Part shown: piece after piece, positions 9,831 through 20,111 of the stretch
Layout of the letters: the number at the start of each line of letters is the position of its first letter
How positions within the stretch are numbered: position 1 is the first letter of the stretch
Source of the DNA: an uncultured delta proteobacterium
GTDB taxonomy: Bacteria; Myxococcota_A; Polyangia; Haliangiales; Haliangiaceae
DNA length: 64,000 nucleotides
Direction: 5' to 3'
Assembly: GCA_963848295.1 (NCBI GenBank)
Contig: CAWKDB010000011.1
Coordinates: 705,882-769,881 of the forward strand
Program-made: the position numbers and the translations under genes
Notes under the pieces: generated by a model
What the model was told of the DNA's origin: nothing
The model's database searches: none
What the model saw: only the letters and a program-made list of their open reading frames with translations

Positions 9831-11605
9831 GGCTGGGGTCCGATCGCGCGCGCGTAGTCGATCGCGGCCTGAGCCTCGTCGGCGCGGCCGGCTTCGCCGA
9901 GCAGCTTGGCCAGTCGCAGCCACGTCTTGGCGTAGCGCGTGTGGACCAACGTCGGCCATTCGTCGTCGAGACCGGGCCGCGGATAGTCGAGGTCGAACTT
10001 CGCGTAGACGTCGGTGTTCAGCTTGACGACCTGGTCGAGCGTCGGCGGCGCGACGCCGGCCGGCAAGATGCGCACGAGCACGCCGAACGGATAGTGCGGC
10101 AAGACCGCCTGCGGCTGCTTGAGGTACGGCTGGACGAACACCGGTCGACCGCTCGCGACGACATCTTCGATCATGTGCGCGGTGTCGGCGATGCCGAGCG
10201 CGGCGATCCGATCGCGGTACCACGACAAGCCGAGCAACGGGACGTGGACGTAGGTCACGTCGCGGCGCTCGCCGAGCACGAGCTGCACGTAGTTCATCAC
10301 CGCGCCGACATCGTCGTCGACGCCGAACACGACCGCGCGCTCGGGCAGCGAGTGCAGCGTGTTCGACACCTGGTACTCGACCGCCGGCGCGTGAACGCGC
10401 GATAGGTGAGGCAGCGCGGCACCCGCGACCGCGACGAACGCGACCACGCCGAGCACCTGGCCGAGCCACGCCGAGCGCGCGAGCGCGGGCAGCGTGCGAC
10501 CGAGCCAACCGCCGGCGCGATCGAGCGCATCGGCGACCGCGGGCGCGAGCAGCAATGCCGGCAGGATATGAAACCGCGCGACGACGTAGCGCCCGACGCC
10601 TTCGGGCGCGACATCGAACCGGGTGACGAGCACCGGCCCGGCGAGCGCGATGCACGCGAGCAGCAGCCCCCACGCGACGCGGCTCTCGGCGATGGGACCG
10701 CGCCGGCCTTCGAGCGGCAAGCCACGCCGGTCGTTACGCGCACGCACGATCCGATCGCCGAGGGCGACGAGCCCCGCGATCGCGGGCAGCCACAACCAGG
10801 TCCGGCCAACGGTCGACAGCAGCGCGAGCAAGCTCTCGCCGACCGGCACCGCGGGCCCGGTGCCGGCGAACGCGCCCGGGCCTCCGTACTCGCGCCGCAG
10901 GATGATGCCGACGACATCGGACAGGCTCGTGATGTGGCCCCACGAGCCCTGGTGCTCGGGCGCGACGAGCAGGTACAGATATGGCGTCAGGCCGAGGACC
11001 AGCCCGACCGTGGCGGCGATCGCCGCGCGCGCCCCGCCCTCGCGCACCGCGCGCACGACGCCGAGGATCCCGATCGGCGCGACGAGCGCGCACGTCAGGT
11101 TGTTTGCGAGCCCCAAGCCGGCGACGAGCCCGAGCGCCAGCCCGCGCCAGATCCCGCGCAGCGGTCCGCCGCGCGCCGCGAGCCACAGCACACACGCGAC
11201 GACGAGGCCGTTGAGCGCGAACACCTCGGCCTCGCAGTCCATCGCGAGCACGACGGGCGCGCCGGCGAACACCGCGACGGTCAGCGTCGCGGCGACCGGC
11301 TTCGCGCCCCACGCTCGACAGGCCGCGTGCAGCGCGACGAACGCCACCGCGGCGAGCAACGCGGTCGCGATCGCGGCGGTGTGCGCCGGGCTCGCGCCGG
11401 GCAGCCACGAGGTCGCGCGCAAGTACAACACGTAGAGCGGATAGCCCGACGGGTGCGCCGCGCCGCCGAGCGCCCCGAGCGTGGAGAGCTCTGCGTTATC
11501 GCCATCGACGACGTGGGTCGGGGCGAGCCACACGTACAGGATCGCGATGGCGAGCCCGATCAGGCCGCCGCGCTCGAACATGAATCGCGCGACGCGCTGC
11601 CGCAA
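9827..11605 (-). CDS. DUF2723 / TMEM260-like glycosyltransferase (copy C)
   Basis: VDGDNAELSTLGALGGAAHPSGYPLY, AEVFALNG, GLGLANNLT. Confidence 0.8.
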   Translation of the reverse strand: MRQRVARFMFERGGLIGLAIAILYVWLAPTHVVDGDNAELSTLGALGGAAHPSGYPLYVLYLRATSWLPGASPAHTAAIATALLAAVAFVALHAACRAWGAKPVAATLTVAVFAGAPVVLAMDCEAEVFALNGLVVACVLWLAARGGPLRGIWRGLALGLVAGLGLANNLTCALVAPIGILGVVRAVREGGARAAIAATVGLVLGLTPYLYLLVAPEHQGSWGHITSLSDVVGIILRREYGGPGAFAGTGPAVPVGESLLALLSTVGRTWLWLPAIAGLVALGDRIVRARNDRRGLPLEGRRGPIAESRVAWGLLLACIALAGPVLVTRFDVAPEGVGRYVVARFHILPALLLAPAVADALDRAGGWLGRTLPALARSAWLGQVLGVVAFVAVAGAALPHLSRVHAPAVEYQVSNTLHSLPERAVVFGVDDDVGAVMNYVQLVLGERRDVTYVHVPLLGLSWYRDRIAALGIADTAHMIEDVVASGRPVFVQPYLKQPQAVLPHYPFGVLVRILPAGVAPPTLDQVVKLNTDVYAKFDLDYPRPGLDDEWPTLVHTRYAKTWLRLAKLLGEAGRADEAQAAIDYARAIGPQP

Positions 11606-11650
11606 TCGTCAGCATCATAGCGAACTTCGTCGGCGCTCGCCCGCGGGGTC

Positions 11651-12200
11651 TCAGTCGCTCGCCCGCGGTGCGAGCGCGGTCGCGAACGCGCGCGCTTGGT
11701 CGGCCTCGGCGCGATGACCGGCGAGCTCGAGCTCGTGCGCGAGGATCCGCCAGGTCTGCGCGTACTTGTCTTGATAGTGGGTCGCGAGCTCGTCGTAGGC
11801 GGTCGGCAGCTGGTAGTCGAGCGCGAACGTGGTGAACAGCTGCTTGATGCTCGACCGCGGTCCGCGCGGCACGGTTAAGCCGATCCGATGTTCGAACCGG
11901 GCGCGGTAGCTCGCCTGCGCGACGCGGACGTCGGTCCGATCCCGCAGCGCGTCTTGAAAGTAACTCGCGCCCGAGGCCAGCTCGTCCTCCGACACGATCA
12001 GCAGCGCGCCGTGCGGCATCGAGTGCAGCGTGTTGCCGACCGCATCCTCGACCGCCGCCGAGTCGACGCGCCCGAGCTTGCCGAGCGAGGTCGCGATGTT
12101 CGCGGCCGCGAGCGCGATCGTTGTCGCCGTCGACGAAGTGAGCCGGCGCGAGCGCGAGGTGCGCGAGGCCGATCGCGACCGCACCGCCCCGGACGATCAA
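11651..12200 (-). pseudogene. Internally deleted fourth DUF2723 paralog
   Basis: N-terminus LIVRGG..LAPAHFVDGDN joins out of frame near 12120 to C-terminal-domain sequence RVDSAAVEDAVGNTLHSMPHGA...YAQTWRILA; TM core absent. Confidence 0.7.
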
Positions 12201-12274
12201 GACGTTTCGCGCGATCGCGGCGAACCGCGAGCGCGGGGTATCGAGTACGGCGTCGGGCGTGCCATATTCTAGCC

Positions 12275-13711
<1,437 letters not shown>

Positions 13712-13858
13712 TGCGACTCCGAGAAATCCCCAGGATAAGTCGATCGATAAGCCGGTTACCCGACGGCTAACCGGCGCGGATTGGCAGCGACCATGCCGCA
13801 AATCGTCACTCTCGCGGCGCTTCCCCGACTGCACGGCGGAGTTCTGCACGGTTACGCG

Positions 13859-13874
13859 CGGCACGCTCGTTGCT
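13859..13874 (+). promoter_or_regulatory. Sigma54 (-24/-12) promoter of pilA
   Basis: CGGCACGCTCGTTGCT closely matches TGGCACG-N4-TTGCW; AGGAGG SD precedes ATG 13903. Confidence 0.8.
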
Positions 13875-13902
13875 GTAGCTCGGTTCACCCAGGAGGACCT
13901 AG

Positions 13903-14451
13903 ATGAAGCAACGCAAGCAGATGGCTGGTTTCACGCTGATCGAGCTCATGATCGTCGTCGCGATTATCGGCATTCTAGCCGCGGTCGCGATCCCCGCATT
14001 CCTCGACTACATGAAGAAGTCGAAGGCGACGGAGGCCGGCGAGCAGCTCAACGCGATCGGCAAGGTCCAGAAGCGCACCTACGGCGAGAACTCGTCGTTC
14101 ACCGTCGGTAACGGCGCGTTCCTGCCGACCGGCGTGTCGGCGACCACTGGTTGCTGCGGCTTGAAGGGCGGTACAGAGTCCACCCCCGGCACCACGGTCA
14201 ACAACAAGTGCATGTCGACCCCGGCCGCGTTCAAAGCCGACTCGCAGTGGGTCGCGATGGGCTTCTCGGTCGGTGAAGAGAGTGCGTACGGCTACTCGTA
14301 CGTCGGCACCAGCGCGACTCAGTTCACCGCGTACGCGATCGGCGACGCCGACTGCGACGGTACTCCGGCGACGTTCACGCTGCAGGGCACGCTCGATTCC
14401 GCGGGTAACCCGTCGGTCAACTTGATCAAGCCGCTCGCCGGCGTGTTCTAA
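13903..14451 (+). CDS. pilA: Type IVa major pilin
   Basis: Prepilin site [23 protein letters not shown]; strong SD; sigma54 promoter. Confidence 0.92.
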   Translation: MKQRKQMAGFTLIELMIVVAIIGILAAVAIPAFLDYMKKSKATEAGEQLNAIGKVQKRTYGENSSFTVGNGAFLPTGVSATTGCCGLKGGTESTPGTTVNNKCMSTPAAFKADSQWVAMGFSVGEESAYGYSYVGTSATQFTAYAIGDADCDGTPATFTLQGTLDSAGNPSVNLIKPLAGVF

Positions 14452-14495
14452 AGATCGGGTAAGCCTCGGGTCCCTTGGGGGACTGACCCTCGCAT

Positions 14496-14525
14496 CGCGC
14501 CCACGGCAGGAATACCGTGGGCGCG
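14496..14525 (+). terminator. Intergenic hairpin between the two pilins (attenuator or mRNA stabiliser)
   Basis: CGCGCCCACGG-caggaata-CCGTGGGCGCG perfect 11-bp stem, no U-tract. Confidence 0.55.
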
Positions 14526-14551
14526 CTGCCATCTACGCCAATTCGCCCGCC

Positions 14552-15094
14552 ATGACGTTCAAACGCAAAGGCTTCACGCTGATCGAGCTGATGATCGTCG
14601 TTGCGATCATCGGGATCCTCGCGGCGGTCGCGATCCCCGCGTTCCTAGACTACATGCGGAAGTCTCGGGCGACCGAGGCCCAGGAGATGCTGTCCTCGAT
14701 CGGTAAGCTGCAGAAGCGCGCATACGGCGACAGCGCCTCGTTCACGGAGACCGACGGCGCGTTCCTACCGACGGGTGTCAGCACGACGCTCGGTTGCTGC
14801 GGCCTGATGGGCGGCACCGAGACCACGCCCGGGACCAAGGTGATCAACCGCTGCATGGCCACCCCGAGCGCGTTCAAGGCCGACCCCGGCTGGGTCCTGA
14901 TGGGGTTCTCGGTCGGCGAGGAGAGCAGCTACGGCTACTCGTTCAAGTCGAACAGCGCGACCTCGTTCGACGCGTACGGCATCGGGAACACGGACTGCGA
15001 CGTCACCCCCGCGACGTATACGCTGCACGGCACGCTGGACTCCGCGGGCAATCCGTCCGTCGTGATGACCAAGCCGCCGGTCGGCACGTACTAG
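14552..15094 (+). CDS. pilA: Second type IVa pilin, tandem paralog
   Basis: [11 protein letters not shown]; collinear with the first pilin, about 73% identity over 173 mature residues by hand count. Confidence 0.9.
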   Translation: MTFKRKGFTLIELMIVVAIIGILAAVAIPAFLDYMRKSRATEAQEMLSSIGKLQKRAYGDSASFTETDGAFLPTGVSTTLGCCGLMGGTETTPGTKVINRCMATPSAFKADPGWVLMGFSVGEESSYGYSFKSNSATSFDAYGIGNTDCDVTPATYTLHGTLDSAGNPSVVMTKPPVGTY

Positions 15095-15099
15095 CCCCG

Positions 15100-16137
15100 G
15101 TCGGGTTGCCCCGGGTGTGACCCGGGGCTCCCACAGATCCGGACGTGCCGATTTCCGGCATCCGGCTCTTCGTCCACGGATTCGCTACGTCCGGTAGATG
15201 CTGTGGACGACCTTGGGCGGCAGAAGCGGATATCGCTCCAGCACGCGCATGAATCGTGGCCACGGCATCGCACCGCGTCCTGTCCGACGGTGCAGCCATT
15301 TCTGCCAGACACGGGTCACCTCGTAAAAGAAACTCGAGAGCGCGTTGGCGTTTCCGGTGATACCGAAATAGCCGTAGTGCCAGCATCTGCGAGAGGTGTT
15401 TGTGCTGTCTGGCGATCTTGTCGTGCAGGTGAAGCCTGCACCACTGGCTGACCCGTCGAAGTGCGCGACCAAATCGACTGCGAGCCGTCTGCCGCTTCAC
15501 CACCCACGTTTTCTTGAGCGACTTTCCCCAGAAGTGCGTGAAGCCGAGCAGATCAAAGCTCTCGGTGTCCACGTCCTTCGGGGTATCGCTCTTCTGCGGC
15601 CGGACAAGCCTCACCAGCCGCGTCTTCGTTGGATGGAGCTTCAGTCCGTATTTGCCGAATCGTTTCGGCAGTACGTCCATCACCTTGCGAGCGTCATCCT
15701 CCGACGAGAATACGAGGACAGCGTCGTCCGCGTACCGGACGAGAAACGCGTGGCCTTGCAGCCTAGGCTTCACGTCCGCCTCGAACCACGTGTCGAGCAC
15801 CTCGTGTAAATAGACGTTCGCCAGGAGCGGCGAGATGACCCCGCCTTGTGGTGTTCCAGCATCGGCGTATCGCAGCTCGGTTGCTTCGAGGACGCCGGCC
15901 TTGAGCCACTTGTTGATCGTGCGACGCAGTACTCCGTCTCGTACTCGGCGGTCGAGGAAGCTCCGCAAGTGCTCGTGGTCCAACGTGTCGAAGAAAGCTT
16001 CGATGTCGATCTCCAGCACCCACCCACCCTGCATCTCCATCAAGCCGTCCCAAAGCGCCTGCAGAGCATCATGGGCCGAGCGCGCGGGTCGGAAGCCATA
16101 CGAGCAGTCGTGAAACTCCTGCTCGTAGATCGCTTCG
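15100..16137 (-). mobile_element. 5'-truncated group II intron remnant (partial RT/maturase plus domains V and VI)
   Basis: RT motifs upstream; DV GAGCCGGATGCCGGAAATCGGCACGTCCGGATC (15136-15168); DVI ending GGCAACCCGAC at 15100. Confidence 0.88.
15185..16137 (-). pseudogene. Group II intron reverse transcriptase/maturase fragment (no N-terminus, frameshift near 15380, no endonuclease domain)
   Basis: EAIYEQEFHDCSYGFRP, GTPQGGVISPLLANVYLH, RYADD, FDLLGFTH; X domain HYGYFGITGN..WQKWLHRR in another frame. Confidence 0.85.
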
Positions 16138-16219
16138 GAAGCTCGCCGATGATCTCCAGTGCCAGCGCGAGGAACTCGATCGAGCGTTGATCGACGCGAA
16201 GCTTCTGGAAGCTGAGCAT
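16138..16219 (-). pseudogene. N-terminal fragment of a four-helix-bundle (23S IVS / Avd-like) protein
   Basis: MLSFQKLRVDQRSIEFLALALEIIGELPK resembles the family N-terminus (F.KL.VYQ.S......LP); cut at the RT junction. Confidence 0.6.
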
Positions 16220-16256
16220 GACCGGGCTATCGGCCACACAACTCCGGAGTTGCCGT

Positions 16257-16316
16257 GTCAACGACAACGTCTAAGGTGCCGTTCAAGTTCAGGGGGTTCA
16301 GGTCAAGGTCAACGTT
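16257..16316. repeat. Degenerate short-unit tract (GTCAAC/GTCAAG/GTTCAG)
   Basis: gtcaacgacaacgtc...gttcaagttcagggggttcaggtcaaggtcaacgtt. Confidence 0.45.
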
Positions 16317-16334
16317 ATCTGAGCGGCATTGGCC

Positions 16335-17195
16335 CTAGACCGCGCTCGCGACGACCTGAATGTCGGCGCACACCGCGTAGTGATCGCTGGCGGCGATCTC
16401 GCCCTCGCCGCGCCCTTCGCGCTCGGTGAGCGCGACGTCGCACGCGTGCACGGTCGCGCGTCCGTCCTTCTTGCGCGTGGTGACCAGCACGTAGTCGATC
16501 CGGCGATCGAGATCGAGCGAGCGCAACGGGCGCGTCGAGCGATTCTCGCTCGACCACGTGATGCCTTGCGCGGGGCCATCGCCCGGGCCGGGCTCGCGGT
16601 GCAGCCGCAGCCACGCGTCCTGGAAGTGCGTGCGCCGGCCGGCGAGCGTCGTCAGCCCGCGCAGAAAGCGCAGCTCGTCAGAATCCGCGGTCGCGTTGAA
16701 GTCGCCGCACAGGATCTGCGGCGGCGACGTGTTGTCGCGCCCGAGGGCGCGCAGCTCGCCATCGATCGCGACGACCTGGTGCTCGCGCGCGACCCCGTCG
16801 TCGAGCCGATAGTGCAGATGTGTCGTGTGGACCCAGATCGGGCCACCGTCGGTCGCGACCTGACCCGATAGCAAGATCCTCGCGTCGCCGGGGCGAGGCT
16901 CGGGCAGCGCGAGCACCCGGACCTCCGCGACCGGCGCGCGCGCGAGGATCGCGAGGCCCTCTTCGCCGGCGTCGGACGTCACCGCCGGGCGGTAGGTCGC
17001 GTGCAACCCGAGTGCGTCCGCGACGACGTCGGCGGTCGTGCGCCCGGCGCCCGCCGCGAGCGGGCGGACCTCCTGCAGGCACACCACATCGGGATCGAGG
17101 GCGCGCAGCTGTCGGGTCGCGAGCGCCAACCGGCGATCGAGCGGCGGCTCGATTCCCCAGAGGTTGAGCGTGACGACGCGCAGGTTCGACTTCAC
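16335..17195 (-). CDS. Endonuclease/exonuclease/phosphatase family protein
   Basis: VVTLNLW, DVVCLQEV, ILCGDFNA, RIDYVLV, ASDHYAV. Confidence 0.9.
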   Translation of the reverse strand: MKSNLRVVTLNLWGIEPPLDRRLALATRQLRALDPDVVCLQEVRPLAAGAGRTTADVVADALGLHATYRPAVTSDAGEEGLAILARAPVAEVRVLALPEPRPGDARILLSGQVATDGGPIWVHTTHLHYRLDDGVAREHQVVAIDGELRALGRDNTSPPQILCGDFNATADSDELRFLRGLTTLAGRRTHFQDAWLRLHREPGPGDGPAQGITWSSENRSTRPLRSLDLDRRIDYVLVTTRKKDGRATVHACDVALTEREGRGEGEIAASDHYAVCADIQVVASAV

Positions 17196-17267
17196 GCCGC
17201 GACTATTGCATAGCCGGCCAAAACCCGTTCAGCGCCAGCCCGGGCCGTGCTAAAAACCTTGGCCTTC

Positions 17268-17342
17268 GGAGCCATCGCCAAGTGGTAAGGCACTGGTCTG
17301 CAAAACCAGCATTCCCCGGTTCAAATCCGGGTGGCTCCTCCA
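17268..17342 (+). tRNA. tRNA-Cys(GCA)
   Basis: GGAGCCA/TGGCTCC acceptor stem, anticodon arm CTGGT-CTGCAAA-ACCAG, T-loop GGTTCAAATCC, encoded CCA. Confidence 0.95.
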
Positions 17343-17449
17343 GCGGTTAGACCTCAGAACCTGACGCGATATCCGGCCCCGGTGCGGTGTGCTGACACCT
17401 CGAGCGACGAGCCTGACTCGCGCCGTCACGCGCCGTGACGACTCGACGG

Positions 17450-17485
17450 TTGCCGCATACGAAGGTATGTAATACGCTGGTATGC
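17450..17485 (+). promoter_or_regulatory. Putative sigma70 promoter overlapped by tandem palindromic operators of the TA operon
   Basis: TTGCCG-N17-TACGCT; palindromes CATAC-gaag-GTATG and ATAC-gctg-GTAT. Confidence 0.55.
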
Positions 17486-17737
17486 ATGAATGTCGATCGC
17501 CTCTCCATCACGTTGGATCCGCGACTGGGTGCCGCGGCGCGCAAGGCGGCCAAACGAGCGAAGGTAAGCTTGTCGACGTGGATTGCCGAAGCGACATCGG
17601 ACCGCGTACGCAACGAGGCCCTCGGCCACGCGCTCGACCAGTGGGAGAGCGAGGACGGAACCTTTTCTTCTCGGGAGCTAGCAGCCGCCGCAGCGGCGCT
17701 GGGCCTCGACGGCAAGCGCAAGCGCAGGCGTGGATGA
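17486..17737 (+). CDS. Putative antitoxin (RHH-like)
   Basis: RLSITLDPRLG..ARKAA....SLSTWIAEA pattern; ATGA overlap with the PIN gene. Confidence 0.7.
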   Translation: MNVDRLSITLDPRLGAAARKAAKRAKVSLSTWIAEATSDRVRNEALGHALDQWESEDGTFSSRELAAAAAALGLDGKRKRRRG

Positions 17738-18111
17738 AGGCGGTCATCGACGCAGGCGCGTTTCTCGCGATCGAGAAACGCGATCGCAGGGTAGGCGCGA
17801 TGCTACGCGTCCTCCAAGCACATCGCGTCCCGTTGTGGACGAGCGCGGCGGTCGTAGCTCAGGTCTGGCGCAACGGTCGCAAGCAGGCGCTGCTCGCAAA
17901 GATGCTCGCGGGCGTCGGCGTGCGTGCACTTGGCGATGGGGATGCCAAAGCCATCGGGGAGCTCCTCGCGCTCGCGCACAGGAATGACGTGGTCGACGCA
18001 CACGTCGCCGTCGCGGTCGATGATGGCGACTACGTGTTCACCAGCGATCCGGACGACATCGCGCGGCTGCTGGCACTGCGCCAGATCGAGGCCGCGGTCA
18101 CGAGGACTTGA
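17734..18111 (+). CDS. PIN-domain (VapC-like) toxin
   Basis: VIDAGAFLA, VVAQVWR, DVVDAHVA, VFTSDPDDI. Confidence 0.8.
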   Translation: MKAVIDAGAFLAIEKRDRRVGAMLRVLQAHRVPLWTSAAVVAQVWRNGRKQALLAKMLAGVGVRALGDGDAKAIGELLALAHRNDVVDAHVAVAVDDGDYVFTSDPDDIARLLALRQIEAAVTRT

Positions 18112-18230
18112 CGTCGCGCTTCTGGGTGAAGGACTGGTAACGGACTGGGATTGCGTTGGCATTCCGCCCAATTAGCGAGGGCGCGGATTTCTTGTCAGGT
18201 TCGTGCGCGCGCGGAGTACTCACCCACGAC

Positions 18231-20045
18231 ATGGAGACGATCGAGAAGACGGATGTCGAGCTCGTCGAGGCCAGCCGCCGCGGCGAGCTCGACGCGTTCG
18301 GGCACCTGGTCGCGCGCTACCAGAACGTGGTGTGCGCGGTCGGGTATAGCTCGACCGGCGATCGCGTACTCGGCGAAGACGTCGCGCAAGAGACGTTCAT
18401 CGCCGCGTGGCGGCAGCTCGATCGCGTGCGCGACGTGATGCGTCTACGGCCCTGGCTGTGCGGGATCGCGCGCAACCTCGGCCACAAGGCGAAGAAGCGC
18501 ACGCGCCGCGAGGAGCTGGTCGACACCGACGAGCACGTGGGATCCGGTCCGAGCCCGTTCGACGAGCTCGCGCGCGGCGACGCCGAGCGCGTCGTCCGCC
18601 GTGCGCTCGCGCGCGTGCCCGAGACCTATCGCGAAGTGCTGGTCCTCTACTATCGCGAGGACCAATCGATCCGCGAGGTCGCCGAGACGCTCGGGATCAG
18701 CGAGGACGCGGTGATGCAGCGGCTGTCGCGCGGCAGGCGCTACCTCGCTGACAGCGTGTCCACGCTCGTCGAGCAGTCGTTGAAGGGCGCGCGGCCGCGA
18801 CGCGATCTCGTCGCGGCGGTGCTCGCCGCGATCGCGCTCTACTTGGTTCCGTCCCGTGTCGATGCCTCTACCGCGAAACCGAAACCAAAAGGATCGACCA
18901 TGCTGAAGCTCGCCCTCGCCACGTCGGCGCTCGCCGTCGTCGGCACCACCGCCTATCTGATTCACTCGCACAGCGACACACCACCCGCCGCCGCAAGCAC
19001 CACCAGGTCGTTGCTCCACTACGGCGCCGGACTCGCGCGTGCACCGACGCTGGGACCGACCGCGCCGCCGCACTTGACCGCCGCGCGCAAGGCGGCATCG
19101 AACGACCTCGGGCTGCTTCCCGCCGACTCCGACATCGTCTTCGGCATCGACATGGAGCGCATCCAGAAGGCCGCACTGTGGAAAATGTTCGTCGCCCCGG
19201 AGCTCGCGAACGCGAACGGCCTCCACGAGTTCGTGACCAAGTGCGGCTTCGATCCACTCGCGTCGCTGACGTCGGTGGCGATCGGCATCAAGGGCCTCGG
19301 CCCCGACACGTCTCCGACTGGAACGGTCGTCGTTCACGGCTTCGACAAGGTGAAGACAATGGCGTGCGTTCAGCAAGAGAACGCCGCGGACCCCGACCAC
19401 GACGTGACGGTCGAGGGCGACGTCGTCCTGTTCGCGCCCAGCCACGAGGGCACCCAGGCTGGGTTCAGATTTATCGACGACACCACCGCGCTGTTCGTGT
19501 TCGGCCCGGGCCCGATCACGAAGGCCAGCATCGACAAGATCGCAACCGGCGACACCGGCCTCGAGACCGCGCCCGGGTTCGCCGACATGTTCCACAACAT
19601 CAACAGCGACGACCCGCTATGGTTCGTGGTCGCCCCGAGCTCGCCGCTGTTCCCCCTGATCAACGCCGCGATCGCGACTCAAACCGACCTCCAGCTGCAC
19701 GCGCTGTACGGCTCGATCGACATCACCGACTCCATCGTCGTCGAGGCCGGGATCCGACTCGCATCGCCGGATCAGGTCAGCAAGGTCGTCGCCGAGGTCC
19801 AGACCAAGCTCGAGAAGCTGTCCGCGAGCGGCGCGCTGTCGCAGTACTTCGACCAGCTCGACGTCAACGCCGACGGCGGCGACGTGATCATCAGCCTCGC
19901 CGCGAACACCGGGCAACTGCTGAACATCGCGAGGTCGCGCTCGGTTCAGGCAAGCGCGAGCGCGACCCCTGCGGGCCCCGATGGCCCAGGTACGTTCACG
20001 CTCAGCGCGAGCATCCCCTCGGCAGACCCGCCGTCGGTCAAGTAA
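18231..20045 (+). CDS. ECF sigma factor with TM segment and large C-terminal extension
   Basis: EDVAQETFIAAW, PWLCGIARN, REVAETLGISEDAVMQRLSRGR, then hydrophobic segments and a roughly 350-aa domain. Confidence 0.85.
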   Translation: METIEKTDVELVEASRRGELDAFGHLVARYQNVVCAVGYSSTGDRVLGEDVAQETFIAAWRQLDRVRDVMRLRPWLCGIARNLGHKAKKRTRREELVDTDEHVGSGPSPFDELARGDAERVVRRALARVPETYREVLVLYYREDQSIREVAETLGISEDAVMQRLSRGRRYLADSVSTLVEQSLKGARPRRDLVAAVLAAIALYLVPSRVDASTAKPKPKGSTMLKLALATSALAVVGTTAYLIHSHSDTPPAAASTTRSLLHYGAGLARAPTLGPTAPPHLTAARKAASNDLGLLPADSDIVFGIDMERIQKAALWKMFVAPELANANGLHEFVTKCGFDPLASLTSVAIGIKGLGPDTSPTGTVVVHGFDKVKTMACVQQENAADPDHDVTVEGDVVLFAPSHEGTQAGFRFIDDTTALFVFGPGPITKASIDKIATGDTGLETAPGFADMFHNINSDDPLWFVVAPSSPLFPLINAAIATQTDLQLHALYGSIDITDSIVVEAGIRLASPDQVSKVVAEVQTKLEKLSASGALSQYFDQLDVNADGGDVIISLAANTGQLLNIARSRSVQASASATPAGPDGPGTFTLSASIPSADPPSVK

Positions 20046-20111
20046 CGGTGTTACGCGGGGGTCACGGTTGTTCCCAGCTGTGATGTCAGAGCGGCGCTGT
20101 AGGTTAAACGC

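Noticed and set aside
13903..16219. Diversity-generating retroelement targeting the pilins (Avd-like fragment + RT + two similar sequences)
   Set aside because: The pilin differences involve all four bases and many synonymous sites rather than adenines only. The RT has group II intron motifs followed by DV/DVI, and no TR/VR pair was seen.
18131..18148. GGACTGG direct repeat at 11-bp spacing upstream of the ECF gene
   Set aside because: It is too short to distinguish from chance without comparative data.
17268..20045. Integrated prophage or ICE at tRNA-Cys
   Set aside because: No integrase, phage genes or duplicated tRNA 3' end were seen in the window.
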